A stretch of 64,000 nt of DNA, taken from Piromyces finnis finn. Lineage: Eukaryota; Fungi; Neocallimastigomycota. Below the pieces are notes generated by a model, which searched no databases, had not been told where the DNA came from, and saw only the letters and a list, made by a program, of their open reading frames with translations. The stretch lies in assembly GCA_002104945.1 (NCBI GenBank), contig MCFH01000055.1:248001-312000 (forward strand). Direction: 5' to 3'. Shown piece after piece: positions 37,001 to 59,348 of the stretch (its first letter is position 1; each line of letters begins with the position of its first letter). The translations under genes were made by a program, and so were the position numbers.

Positions 37001-38272
37001 TATATAATTAATGATAATAATATTATTATAAATACTTTATCATAAAAGTTGAAGAAAATAATTTATCACCAAAATAAATGGAAACTGAATCATTAAAATA
37101 CATTATTCTGAAAAATAAGTGAATAACTATAAATATTATTTATTATTTACAAATATTAGTATATACTATATTATACTTAATAAATAAAATATAACAACTG
37201 ATTCATACTTGGTTGAACAAAAATTCTATATTATTAATTTTTAAATTATAAAATATTAAATTACTATTATATCTAATATAATTAAAATGATTATATATTT
37301 ATTAATATAGTAATACTAAAATTACGTTAAAAACGGTATATTCAGAAAATTCAATATCTTTTTTAATAATAGTTAAAACATTATAAAAATAAAATAATTA
37401 ATTATTATCGAATTTAAAAAATTATTTTAATAAATAATATTTAAAAACCTTTATACTCCATTTCATTGGCTTCCTTTATTTAATATTGAATAATAAAATA
37501 AAATATTGATTAATAAAATATATATCCAATACAAAACCCTATTATACAATATAAAAAGTAATATAGTTATATTTACCTTTTACATTTAATAAATATACAA
37601 TTAATACCTATAACAAAAAATTAATTATTACTAATAACATTTTGAATATTAGAATGATAAATATTAAATATAAAATTTACAAATTAAGCATATATAAGCA
37701 ATTTCTATAAGAAAGACCAGTAAAGATGCAACTAAATTAAATATTTATAAGAAATTTATTAATAATAATATTATTATATTTTGTATGTCTTATAAAATAT
37801 TTATTGACAAAAATGTCACATTCGTTTTATCTTAATATTACTGTTCAATATATTTGAATTTGTTATATCAAAACTTATATATTGAAGAATAGTTTTAAAT
37901 ATATTTGGAAGTCTATCAAATAAGTCTGAGTCAATTATAAAATATACATTCTGTAAATCTATATTAATTATATATATATACATTAATCGATTAGATAAAT
38001 ATTTGTAAATATATAATCCTATGTATTCCTAAAAAAAATACCTTCAACAATAATAAATAGTAATGACAATAATAAAGAACATTTTGAGTTTTTCGTTAAA
38101 TGGTAAAAAAGTGAGAATAAGTATTTCTATCATTATAGAAAAAATAAAGGATAAATATAATCAATAAAAATAAAACTATGACTTGTATATTATAATAATA
38201 ATATTTTATATCATTGTTAATTACTTCATTTCTAATTATTATAGCATTTTGTGAATCATTTATGATATCCAT
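31100..38272 (-). CDS. TmcB/TmcC-like large multipass membrane protein, paralog A (multi-exon)
   Basis: ATG 38272 (MDIINDSQ...); N-terminal TM exons; Ser/Glu-rich loop; RLSYCILFWY...EAIQQVNELKPGFFSRYRISY; C-terminal TM followed by IVDNLFLLPTSIIKKIPQIRDFIE. Confidence 0.6.
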
Positions 38273-38692
38273 TATTTAAATAATTTCATTTTATTATATT
38301 ATAAATTATACGTTCTATGTTTTTATAAAAAATTTTTTTTTCTAAATTCAATTATTAAAGTATTAAATGAAAATTATTTTTTTTTTTTTTTAATTTTTCT
38401 TATTCATAGAATTAATTATATAAGTATTTTAATTCATGTTAAACTTTATTTTTTTAATTTTAATAAACAAAAAATTAAAGATTAAAAAAGTTTATTTATC
38501 AATATTAAATTATTTTGTATAAATACAATAAAGTGAAAATTAAATTACATTGAAAATTTTAATAATAAATTTATTTATAATACAATATATTTGATAAAAA
38601 ATTCACTAATAAAAAAATAAATGCTTTTATATATTACATGCATATATCTAATAAAAATTATATTACATTTGCTACTTAAACATTACAATAAA

Positions 38693-45396
<6,704 letters not shown>

Positions 45397-46242
45397 ATAT
45401 TATATGACACTCTTTTTTTAAGTTTAGAATTTTTTATTTTTTTATTTTTTTATTTTTTATGATATATATATATTGTATAAATAGTTAAGTTTGTGTTTGT
45501 TAAATACATAGAGTTTTTATTAAATATATATATATTTACTAATAATATTTCACTTATCAGTTCAATTATTAATTAATAGTTATTTAAAAAAAAAAATTAA
45601 AAATTAATTCAAATGAAGAAAAAAAAAAAAAAAAAAAAAAAAAACTTTGTAAAAAGAAAAGAAAATTAAAAAATAATAAAAATAAAATAAATAAATAAAT
45701 TTATTTCTTAACAATTAATTTTAAATAACTGTATTAAATAATATTAAACATCCTTTAACCTTATCTTTTTCTTTTAATATATTAACATTATAATTATTTT
45801 AAATTTATTATTCAAGATTTATTATTAAATCATATAAGTTATTACTATACTAAGGTTAATAAGATTATTAGTATTAACGATTTTAATAACTATATAAAAA
45901 TTAAATTATATTTCAATATATATATGTTTTTCTTTTAAGCATATAATTGTTGGAAGATAATAAATTTTAAAATAAAAATAAATTATAAAAATTTAAGTTT
46001 TTAAAATTTTTAAAATAAAATTTAAAAAATTTTAAAACATTACCATATTTATTTTATAAAAAAATGATTTTTTTTTAAAAAAAGATTATAATTTTATTAG
46101 AATTAATAATAAATTTTTAATTATAATGATAAATAATATTCTATTAAAAAAAAAAAAAAAGTATAATGATTTTTTCCTAAAAACAATAAAAATAAAATGA
46201 AAAAAATATATATTTTTTTTAAAAGAATGTAAATAGTTTTAA

Positions 46243-49200
46243 TTATAAATTAATTTTTTTTGCAAAAGATATAATATAATCATCTTTTAATTCATTATAT
46301 TCATTAATTATCATTTGATAATTATTTTTATAAAATAAGATAGCAAAAAGGTTATTTCTTAATAATAAATTAACTTGATAATAGTCCTCTAATAATTTTT
46401 CATCATAATTTTTTGTCATATTTGTTACATTGAGAATGGATAATGACTTAATTTCACTCAATAACTTTTGACTATTTTGATTGGTTTCAAATTCTAAAAA
46501 TTATAAATATTAATAAATGGATTAATTATTTTATTATTCTGTATCTATAATTTTTTAATTACTATTATTTAATAAGTATATTATATTTACCTAAATAGAA
46601 TCTTTTATTTAATACATTTATTGCTTCACCTTCACTATTTCTTTTTGTTCCTTGTTTATTATTTATGCTGTATAAATAATCACTTAAAATTTCTAATAAT
46701 AAATATAATGTATAACTTTGTCTTCTAACAAAAATCTTAAAATTATCTATTTTATCTTGGTTACATTTTGAAAACAATAATTGCTTATTTAATACATCAA
46801 TAACCAGGGATAAACTATTTGGTTCATGTTTGAAATATTGTGTTAATAATTTTGATTTAAGCATCCACTCGAATAATTCAGATATATTATTATCAATTAT
46901 ACCAACAATTTCTAACTTATTATTAATATATGCTCTTTCTCTGAAATTACTTAATTTAATTAATGAGTGAATAATCCAGTTAATAAAAACATCTAATTTT
47001 TGATGATATTGTAAATTATTATAATCTATTCCATTAATAATTATTCTTAATAACTTTTGTAATAACTCAATATAATTTCTATTAAATTGAATTGTTTTTA
47101 ATCCATATAAATTGTCCAAATTACTTATTTGTTTATGATCTAATGAAATGTCATAATAACTGTTTAACTTATTGGTATTTTTACTTAACTTTTCATAATA
47201 TTTTTCTGCACTATCCTCTTGTATTTCATTCCTTATTTCAATATTAGAAATAGCCTTTTGACTTGTATTATTTAAAATATATATATCATGGTTTTGTTTA
47301 TTCAATAAATCAAAAGCAATGATTAATTTTAAAATTGGATATGAATTTAACTTAAATGATATATTAAAGTTTTCTTTTGAAAAAGTTATTATATCATGTA
47401 TATAATTAATTACTTCATATATATAATTGAGCCACCATTGGTAATTAATTTTTAATTCATTACCTTCTTTAGAATTTATCTTCTTTAAAAGATTAGCTAT
47501 AGGTTGTATCAATTGATAAAATATTGAAATAAATACATTTCCCCAATTTCTCATACCTTCTTCACCTTTATACCATGTAGTATCAGCTTCTTTCCAACTT
47601 TTCCATATAGAATTAATTAATCTTACATATCCTATTAATAATTCATTTTTAGAATCAACATTGAATTCAGATAAACAAGATTGAACCCATGAAAGTAAAC
47701 CATTTTGAATAATTAAATCAACAACAATAGATGAATTTGTACATAATTTTATATATATTTCAATAATAAGTTTTCTAATTGAAATATCGGATAAATTAGA
47801 ATGGAAGAGACTGTTTAATAAATTAGAAATATGACGACGTCTATACGACTTAAAGTCAGATTTATCTTGGAATCCATTTGACAATAATCGAAGAATCCAT
47901 GTTCTTTCTTGCTTATAATTATCTGATGATGAATAAAGTAAATTATATAATAATGGTATATCTTCTAAATCAATCCAAGGTCTTTGCAATAAGAAACGAT
48001 TAACTAAAGGATACATATAATGATCTGGCTTTGTAAATATTAATAATGATTGAGCAACAAATAATGATACTACATTTGGAATACGTTGAGGTGTGTCACG
48101 ATCAATAATAGAATTTTTGAATGAATCACATAATAAAAGTAATTGCTTTTTTTCTCTTAAATTACTTGATCCTAATATACCATAAAGTTGATCTATCAAG
48201 AAATATGCTATTTTTCTTCTATTTTCATTAGTACTAGATAAAGCCATAACAACTAAACCGAAACAATTTAACTCAATAAATCTATGTATATCGAATTTAG
48301 TACCAGCAATACTTAATAATTGTGCAAATAATGGAAGGAAAAAGTCTTGATCATATAATGATGTCAACTTTTTACTATTAAGTTTTTCCATAGATTCCTT
48401 TTCTGATTCAGAATCATTCATTCCATACCATTTAATTGTATATCCCATCCAATTAGAATCAATTAAATTCATAATTTCAACTACCATTATACCGCTATTT
48501 AAATGATTTCTTTCTTGATTTCTCTCTCTAATATCTAAACTTGAATATGACCATAAAATTGAAGCATCTGCAACACTTACACCTGCGTCAGTTTCAAAAA
48601 TATTAAGAATATTAAATATTCTTTTATCTGTTGATGATATTGTTGCATTATATGCTGCCATAATCTGAGATAAATATGATGGCTTACAGCATTTTACTGG
48701 ATCGCATTTAATTAAAAATTCAATCAATTTAATAACAACTTCTTTAACTTTTGCAAACTTTGGAATAGGTGATTTTGCAAAATTTTCCTGATCAGTCATT
48801 TTATTACCATTAGAAAAGCCTTTAACAATATTTTCTACATACTTTTCATGTGAAAATATATTATCTAAAATTAAATCTGGAGATATCAATATTGATTGCA
48901 TTTCTTTCCACTTTATTATTAAATATTAGTTGATTATTATATATATTGTTATAAAAAATAAAATATTTATAAGCATAAATATGTTAGTTTAAATGAAAAT
49001 AAAAAAATATGTAATAACAATAAATAACAATTAAAAAACTTATAACAAAAAATTATTATATTACCTGTAAGTATAAAGTACTAATTAATTTATATAATGA
49101 ATCCATGATTTCAAAACAATCAAATTTTTCAGCTAAAATATACTTTATGTAGTCATCTAAAATTAATTGGTTTATATTAAATATACTTTGAATTATTGAA

Positions 49201-52200
49201 TTGATAATATCAATCTTTTCATTTTCTAATATTATTTCATCAATAATAGAATTTAATTGTTCAAAGAGGGTTACTTCAAGAACACTATCATTATTTAATT
49301 CATCTTCTTTATTAATACTTAATATACATTGTAATAATAATGTTATAATATCACCATGATAATTGATTTTATCATTTTCGTTTTTAAGATAAAGGTTACT
49401 AATACTTTTATAGCAATTAATATGAAGACTATGAATGTTAATTAAATATATATTCATTGATTTTAATTTAGCAGCTTGTTTTTTTATAGTTGAAAATATT
49501 ATATCATAATATTCTTTTGACTTTGAATCAATAGTACTGAATTTTATAATGTTTGATAATAAAATTATTTCTTCTTGTATTTGTTGCTTTTTTTCCATTG
49601 ATAATTTATCATTATCTTCATAATCACTTGTAATTCTTTTAATTAATCTTTCCAGTAATATATTTTTAAATTTTTCATTAATAATGTTAATATATTTTTG
49701 TTCTATCTTTTCTTCTGTTTGTATAAATGATGAAACAATCTTAATATTCTCCTCATTAATTGTAGTATTTTTCCAATAATTTGATGAGAATACCCATGAA
49801 CAAACACGTGGATCATTTTTAATTAATATACTTAATATGTTAGCTCTTACATTATTCATATTCTTTAAGATAAAATCAATAAATGGCTTTTTAATTAAAA
49901 TTTGAATATTCTCATAAAGAATTAATTTATCTTGATTATCATTATCAGAACGAACAATGAAATTATAATCCTTTGAATTTAATATAATTTTATAAATAAT
50001 ATTATCAAGTTGATTTGAAGCATTGCTTTCAAATAATTTAAATAGTTTCTCAATTAAAAATGTATCAATTGATTTGTTATTTTCAGTAATACTTGATGAA
50101 TTTGTTAATACAATTTCCAATAACTTAATAGAAGCATTATCGTTAACATTAATATTTTTGAAAAGGCTCTCTAATATTAAATTAGTATCTGAAATGCTCA
50201 TTAATTCCTTAAATATGTGGAAAAGGGTTAATGTAGTATAAGAAATTGAATTATTCTTTCCAGTACTATTTGAAATATTATCTACAACATAATTTCTTGC
50301 CTTAACATAATAACTAAGCCATACTTTACTTGCTTTTTTACATTTAATATTTTCCTCCATGATATAAAGCAAACGATCTGTTATTATATTATCATTAAGG
50401 AAATTATCATTAATTACAGGATTAGCTAAAACACTTTCTAATATTTCTTGATTTTCTTTTATTAATAGAGAATAAATATTAAAGAATAAATTAATAATTT
50501 CATATGAAATATCATTAATACTCTTAGCATTTAAAAATAATGATACTTCATTGTAAAGATCATTAAATTTCTTATTATCTATTTTATTTAAAGAATAAAT
50601 AACAAAACTATAGAGTAAATTAGTTTGTGGATAATTCTTAATTAAAGCAAAATTTGTAAATAAACATCTAAATGGAATACGACGTAAAAGTCTTGACCAT
50701 TTATCATTATCAATTAAACTTAAAAAGTCCTCATTAATATAATCAAAAATTGAACCACAATATGGAAAGCGTAATCTTATATACTCAGAGATTCTATTTA
50801 AAAATTTATCTTCTTCTAAAATATTCAATAATTTTGGTAGTATATAAATAAATTGAGCTGGAGATAACTGATTTAAAAATTTGACTAAGGTCTGTAATGT
50901 TAAGCTTCCATCTTTTTTTGTTAAATTATCAAATTTTGACTGCACTTTTTTAATCTCCTTCTCATTAATCTTATTATCAATTTCCATTAATGAATCATCA
51001 TTATTGTTTGATATTTTTAAGAAATATTGATATGCTGAAGAAATCCAGTCGATCTCATTCCAATTATCCTTCCAATATAATTCATTTAATGATGTTAATG
51101 AAATGTTATATTCATTTGTAATTTCTTTAATTGTTAACAATAAATAATCTGGGACTTTTTGAGTGATATCACAAATACTAATAAGCACATAACATAAGTA
51201 ACGAGAGATAATTACTTTATTTTCTCCTTCATATTTCATCAAACTTTTTAATGATGGATAAATAATTAAACTATAGATCAATTTTGATTGATCATGTTCT
51301 TTTGAATTTAATAATAAATCAACTTCATTATATTTTTCGATATATTTATTTTCCTTTTTACATTGATTCTCAATTTCTAACATTTCATCTACAGTTTTAT
51401 ATGGATCTTGTGCAATTGAACAAATAACATCATTAAAAAAGTCAACTATTAGTTGTCTATATTTTGATGGTACAATAAATGTACGCTTCATAGTATCAAA
51501 CCATATAGAAATTTCTCTACTGCAAGATTTGAAAATTGAAGAACGAGACAATAACTTAATTAATGTATTTAAAGTCAATGATTGAATTTCAGTATATGGT
51601 GTATTTAAATATAAATTTAATAAAGTATTCAAATGTGTTTTATTATTTTCGTTCTTATTCCACCATTTGAGATCACTAATTTCACCTATTAATTTCAATA
51701 AATTATATTGTATTTCTGGTGACATTAAGGAAACATCTGTCGTAATTAATTTCCCAAAATCAAAACGAGATTCCAATAAAGCTTCATTCATATAACTATG
51801 ATAAAATTTAATAATTGATAAAATTAGCCCCAAAATTAAATCTTTTTTGGACTTCATATCATCACCAGCTACAGACTCGTCAGTATTTTTATTGTTTAAT
51901 TTTGTATTATCACTAATTTGATGGTGAAGAGATAAAATAATTTGAATATCAGGAATATTCTTCTTAATCTCATTCAATAATAAATGAGAATATTCTTTCC
52001 ATTTACTAACAATTAATGATGCATTTATACTTGAAATTACAACATTGGATGTAGCTGAATTTTTATTATTTCTTTTTATATCTGAGTTGTTCTCTATTAC
52101 ACCCTGATTAACATATTTCTGCTCGTATAAATATTTAATATTATCTATATATTCAATTACATTTTGAAGTTTCATAAATGAAAAACTTAATATCATTAAA

Positions 52201-54286
52201 CTCATATATTTAATCAAAAAGCTAGAATGTTGTAAGCCTCTACTTAATAATGCACGATTAATAGGTGAAGGAAATATATTGCTGATAACATTATTAATTG
52301 GTGGAGGTTCTTGAAGATTAATTATATTGATCAAATTTTTTGGAATAGGCAATGAAATAATTTTTTGTGCTAAAATAATATTACTTAACCATTTAGATGA
52401 AAGACGAGGTTCAAATGACATATGAGAACCAACTGATTGCCAAAATCTTTTAAAATTAATAATAAATAACATAAAAAAAGGTCAATATTATTAATCATTA
52501 TAAATAATAAATGCATAAATTCAGTAATTTATCAAAAATAACTTACATTGGAATCAATTCTGGACATGCTTTTAAAATGTTTAATAATAATTCTTGTTGC
52601 TTTAAATCATCAGTTGGATTAATTACAGTAATAAATTTAGACAAAATTTTATTGTAAATTTTAATATTTTTATTTTTGCTTATTGAGGATTTTGCTGTTG
52701 CTGTATACCAACCAGCATCTTGGAAGCATACACCAACACCAGGATTACAACATATATATAATAAAAATTCATGAACAACATCAGGAACAGTTCTTGCTGT
52801 CTTTTCTTCTTCGTCATTTATATATTCTTTGAATTCAGATTTGTATGCTTTTAATATCTACAATATTATTATTTTTTCCAAAATATATATTTGTCATAAA
52901 TTAACAATTTTATAAAAATTCAAAAATCAATTATAATTTATACATTTATTAATTAACAACATTACCTCTTCTAAAATAAATGAATTAAAGAAATTAATTT
53001 TAACGGTTCTTGGTAACTCTTCATCATCAATAACATATTTTCTTAAGCTATTAAATACATAACATACCAACTATTAATAATAAAAAATCAATTATTTATT
53101 CAAAATAAAGGCCATATTAATTATATTAAAAATGGTATAATACAACTTATTATCGATATTATATATTAAATATTACCTGATAAGAATCTTTATCCATATC
53201 TTTAAAAATTAAATTTAAAAAGTTTTTTAATTCTAAAATATTCTTTTTAACAATAACATCTCCATAAATAATAAATGAAAGAATAAATTTTATATATAAT
53301 GAACGAACATCTATATATTTTAAGCATAATTGTTTTAATTAGTTTTAATATTATTTAACAATAAATATATTATAAGTTATTAGATTATTATATTTTTATA
53401 TAATATTAACCATCTTTATCAACTTTTTCAGCAAATTGTTTCTTTCTTCTTATATTTAATAATTTGTTTAAACTTTTTAATGAAAAATCGAAAGTTTCTT
53501 GTAATTCCTTGGTTGTAGCAGAAGAATGAGATGCAACGGCTATTAATAATCTTAAGGTTGATTGAATTGGATAAATATTTCCTGAAGAAAGAGTTCTATA
53601 TATTGTTTTTAAATAATTTCTAATAATGTAATTAATTCATAAAAAATTAAAGATAATAATTATATAATTATATATTTAAAAGGTAAATAAATTGTTTGTT
53701 AAAAAGGATATAATTCTATTTATTGCAATTCCATTAGTTCTAAAACCAATCAATTTTGTAACTTGAATAACTTTAGTTAATAATTCTAATATAATAGTTT
53801 CTAAAACAACAATTTTATTCTAAAAGCATATATATACATATATATATTATTAATTAAATAAATCATAAAGTTTTAATTATTTTAGAAAATTATTTAAGCA
53901 TAAAAAAATATACATTTTGTTGAAATTTCCATAAATTAAATAATTCTTCACACTCTGGAGATTTTCTTATATATTCTCTAAATAAATTTTCTTCATCATT
54001 TACATCAACATTGGATTTTGAACTGTATTTCCCAATAATTTTCTTTAATGAAAATGAAAAATTATATAAACCTTTTAAAATATATATTATTATAAATAAT
54101 TGTTTATTAATTTATTAAAAAAAATTAAAATAAAAAGAATATATATATAATGAATGTCTATATATATCCACCTTTTTGTAATACTTGTAAATTATTACTC
54201 CTCAAAGTGTCCATTAAATCTGAAACAGATGAAAATGGAGTATAAGAAGAATTAAATTGTTTATATTCTTCTGAATTCTGTTCCAT
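46243..54286 (-). CDS. URB1: Nucleolar pre-ribosomal-associated protein 1 (Urb1/Npa1), multi-exon
   Basis: ATG 54286 (MEQNSEEY...); Npa1-type FEPRLSSKWLSNI; NopRA1-type LYDQDFFLPLF, FIELNCFGLVVMALSS, FLLQRPWIDLEDIPL and ERTWILRLL; very large helical protein; last exon probably ends at 46243. Confidence 0.85.
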
Positions 54287-55014
54287 TTTTTGAAATTGAT
54301 AATATTTCAATAAAATAAATTATAAAAAAAAAAAAAGAAAGAAAGAAAGAAAGAAATTATAATAAATATATATTATTCTGTAGTTAAAAAAAAAATAAAT
54401 TTTATGTTTCAATTAATTTAATTTAACTACAGAATATAAAAAAAATAGATAAAACAAAAAAAAATAAAAAAAAAAAAAATAAAAATAAAAATAATAATAT
54501 TAATATTAATATTAATATTAAATTCAAATATACACGTGATATATTATATTATAATATTCAATTTAATAGGTCAATCTCGAATCTTTTTTTTTTTAATATT
54601 TTAAAAATTTTTTGTTAATATAGTTGGTTGTATAAATAAATATATTTTTTAATCTTTCAATCTCTATGTGTATCATATAACTAATAAATCAGAAAAATTA
54701 TAAAACCAGAAAATTATAAATATTTTTATATTATTTGATAAATTAAATTAGTTATTTCAATATTTTTTATTTCATATTATTAATTATATGTTTTTTTATC
54801 TATTTGATTTATGTTAATAATTTAAAATAAAAATTTGTATGGGTATATTAAAAATTGTTTAGTCATATAAATAGTTTTTCTTTACTTCAGATATATAAAT
54901 ATAAAGTTATTTGATATTTCATAATTTAGTTTGTATTCAAATTTATCAATATCAAAAAAAAAAAAAAAGAAAAAGTTTTTTAATGAATATTTTAAATATT
55001 TTAAAAAGAATAAA

Positions 55015-56751
55015 TCATGGATATTGATGAAATAGGACTTTTCTTATAACTTCTTGATTTACAATTGAATTTTTATCGCATACACTATAATCATTATACT
55101 TATATTCTTTATTTGAAGTTATTTCTTTTTCACTTTGTTTTTTGATATTATTTCTACTTTGAAGTGGTCTACTTAATTTACTATTAGATTGAACACCAAC
55201 ATTTTTCCATTCTTTTTTATTAACTCTTTCAACTTCTTGCGGTATTTTATTAAGTTCCTTATCTATTTATTATTAATTGATAGTGAAATAAACTAAATAA
55301 GTAATTCAATTTAATTTAAAAAGTTATTCACACAAAAAATAATTGAATAAATATAAGGCATACTTGTATAATAATTAATGCAATAATCCTTTTTATCTGT
55401 CTGTGATATACATGGTACATTAATATTTCCATTACCGATGTTTTCATAATCTCTTATTGAATTTTTTATATTTTCTTTTCTTCTTAATATATCAATATTC
55501 TCTAATGTTTTCATATTTTGAATAAATACATCGTTTTGCTAAACACAAAAAAAAAAAAAAAAAAATTATATTCATTATTGAATTAACATAATATTTTCTA
55601 TATTTTATATTATATTATAATTATAATTAATAGTAAAACTGTTTTACTTTTTCATCATTCATTTTATCAATAGCTTTTTTATATCTTTCTTTTGTAATTC
55701 GTATACTTTCTTTTAATTTTTTTTGGTTATTTTTTAAATTTAATTGTCCTTGCTTTAATTTCAAATATGCAATTTCAGATGCATTATACTTATTATTTTC
55801 ATGGTTACATCGTACAACATTATATTCTCGATGGTATGATGAATCATTATAATTTCTCTTTTTTGAGTAATCTTTATCGTTATCTTTATATGATATAAAT
55901 GTTTTATCCTCATCTATAAATACTTGATTTCTTTGTTTTTCTCTGAATTGATCTACCAATTTTTTTTCTCTATTATTTGAAATTGTTATAGCATTATATT
56001 GATTTTTTATATAATTTGTTATGTCTTTTATTTTCTCTAAAGATTCTTTACATTGCTAATTAAAACATTATATATAATATTATAATACAAAACATTATAA
56101 TTATTACTACTACATCAAAACTAAATAAAATAATTATTGTTTTACTTTTTGTCGTGCTTCAATATATCTCTCATTTTCCTTTACTCTCTCATTGTATAAT
56201 TTAATTAATAGTTCCTCTTTTTTTAGCACCTTATTATTATAATAATATAAAAGTATATTAATTATTTCTAAAAATGAAAACTCAAATTTAACTATAACTA
56301 TATATATACATCTTCATTTCGTTGGATTTTTGCGTTAGATTGAGCTGCACCAATATAATTTTTTGTTAATTTTTTTAACTCCAAAAAATTATCAACCTTT
56401 TTAATATGATTTTTATTCCATTCTGCCTATATTTATTTTTAGTTTTAAAGTTAATTACATTATTATTTTAAATATTTAATTTTAATAGTAATAATAAACT
56501 CACTTTATTTTATAACACAATTATATTATATTATATCAACATACCTTTATCAACTTTATTAAATTTTTTAATTCACCTTCAACACCTGAATTATAGTTCA
56601 TTGTTCTATTCTCAGATATTATCTTTCCTTGCTTTCGGACTTGTTGTAATCTTAATATTCGCTTTTTTCTTTCTTCATTCTCAATATATGCTTTTTCTTC
56701 ATTTGGACTTAATGGAATAATTTTCTTTGAACTCGTATCTTTTTTGCTCAT
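55015..56751 (-). CDS. CEP295/Ana1-like coiled-coil centriole protein, multi-exon
   Basis: N-terminus LSPNEEKAYIENEERKKRILRLQQVRKQ, then AEWIKNHIKKVDNFLELKKLTKNYIGAAQSNAK, paralleling the animal CEP295 N-terminus (LSPNEE...ERRRKLRLLQVREQ...AEW...GEGHRQAK); stop TGA at 55015. Confidence 0.65.
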
Positions 56752-57810
56752 ATTAAATTATGTTATTGCAATTAAATTATTTAAAAATTGTAACAAATAA
56801 AAATTAATTTTTTCAAAAAAAAAAAATAAAATAAAAAATAGAACTAATTATAATTTAATTTTAAAGTTTTGTCAAATTGTATATTAATTAATATTAAAAA
56901 AAAAAAAAGAATAAAAAATGAAAATTAAATTAAATCTTAATTTTAAATGCATTAAAATTTAAATGTGAAACTTTTCAGAAAAAAAAATTAAATAAAAAAA
57001 AATATCTCATAAAGTTTTATTTAAAAAGAAATATTAATAGAAAACTAATTTATTTATTATAATATATAAGTACGTTGCTTATAATTTTTTTTTTTTATTT
57101 TTTTATTTTTTATTTATTAATGTATATATATAATATAAATTAACAAAAAATAAAATCATTTTTACAATATACAATTTGATTATTTAAAAATAAATAATTT
57201 TTAAATTTAATTAACATAAACTTTATTCTCCTTATCCTCATATAATTAAAAAGATAATTTATAAAAATACTTTCATTAAAGCATGAAATATTACATTTAT
57301 TATTCATATTTTGATAAAAATATTTAAATATGAATATATATATTCATTTTATATTTAATAATATTTAATAATTAGAGATATTTTTCATTCTTTATAATAC
57401 TTATGTTGTGTAACATAAAAAGCATATTTAACTATTTAAACTAAAAGAATTAAAAAAAATAGAAATTATAATTTATTCTAAAAATGTTTCTATTTTAATA
57501 ATTTTTAAATTAAATAACTTATTTATTATTCATAACTGCTTCATTTACATCTTTTTTCTCTGTTCATATAACTTATATTATTTTATTATATTATTTTTAT
57601 ATATTTTTAATACTAATATTTAAATAAATAAATAAATATATAAAAATTAAAACTCTAATCTGAAGCTAAATAAATAGTGTTTTGAATATCTATATGTAAA
57701 CAGGAAAATATATTATAATGAATACTAAAGAGAAGGAGGAAAAAAAAGATAAATAAACAAAAAATATTACTAAAATAACAGTAATATATATAAATTAATA
57801 ATTTATATAT

Positions 57811-59348
57811 TTATGAATCTGTTAAAAACTTATATTTTATATATTCATCTGAAGTCATCTGAATTGAAGGTATAAATTTCTGTTTATGTCTTGAATTATA
57901 ATTTTTTTTTCCACGATTAAAATGTTTAAATACTAAAAAGCAAACATTGGAAGCAACTAATACTCCAACAATTAAAATAACAAAAATTACCTAATAAAAT
58001 ATCATTAAATTGTAAATATATATATTGAATGATAAATGATTAATATTTATACGAAACTTACCACTGTTTTAACCTCTAATGGTTTAATAAATTGATTTAA
58101 CGTTTCTGCTATTGTTTCTCCTACAACTTCAGACCTATAAATAGCAAAGAAGTTTAATAATTAAAATAATGTTAAATAAAATTAAAAAATAAACTATATT
58201 TAATAAATAAAATACATTATAATATCATCCGGTCTTCTATTCATGCATAATTCCCATTCACTACAAATTTTTTGCATCGCTGGTACACGTTCCTTTGGAT
58301 CACAATGATTTATTTGATATTGATTTGAGCATTCCAAAATTTGTTGCAAGATTTCTAATTAATTATTATTTAATAACAAAATAAATAAATAAATAATAAT
58401 GATAAAGTGAAAAAAAAAAAAAAAAAAAAAATATTAGCTGAATATAATATATTTATAGGATATATACTAAATTACCTGAAGAATGTCTTGCAGCTTTATT
58501 TTTTAAATCTCTTCTTATAGTTAAAACTAATTGTAATATAGCAAAGCCTAATATACTGAAAATCAATACACTGAAAAATAAAAGAAAATACCTATAAAAA
58601 TAAAAATTTATATATACATATTAAATGGTAAATTAAAATTAACTTTCTTATTTTATTTTTGTAAAATCCAAAATTACCCATGAATAAGTTGTGGCAAATC
58701 AGGATTTGTCCACCATTTTTCTTTTTCTTTAAATTGAGCATTTTCATAATAATTTGAAAAATTAAAATCAAATTGTCTATTCTATATATATTTAATAAAT
58801 ATAACAAAATAATTTAATTATTTAATTTTATAATAATTATAAATTAATAAATGCTTTAAATAAATAAATATGTATTATAATTCAAACAAATAAAAATTAT
58901 TAGCTTACTCTATCTACTGGAATGATTTCGTTTTGATTTCCTCTTCTTCTTTTTCTTAATAAATCTAATTTAATAAAAAGCAATGTTTTAATTTTAATTT
59001 ATATTTGAATTTGAATTTGAATTCTTTCAAAAATTCATAGAAAAATAAAAGAAAATTTAAATTTACGATTATATCTGCTTGATAAAGAATTTTTCTTTTC
59101 ATAATGTTCATTGGAATTTGCGGAAAAATTAAAAATGGATTTTTCATTAAATTTTCTGTCTAAATCTACTATTAATTATTATTAAATTTACAATATTAAT
59201 TCTATATACAATTATTAAAAAATAAAAATTGTCATTTATTTTATACCAAACATTAAAAATATTATTATTATAAATGCAATTTACCATTTGAAAGTGCAGT
59301 TTTCTTTTTGGCAAAATCATTTTTTGTAAGATTATTCTTTTTAGGCAT
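57811..59348 (-). CDS. Brr6/Brl1 nuclear envelope protein, multi-exon
   Basis: TM segment, then ECSNQYQINHCDPKERVPAMQKICSEWELCM (four-Cys luminal motif), GETIAETLNQFIKPLEVKT and a second TM; ATG 59348, stop 57811. Confidence 0.85.
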
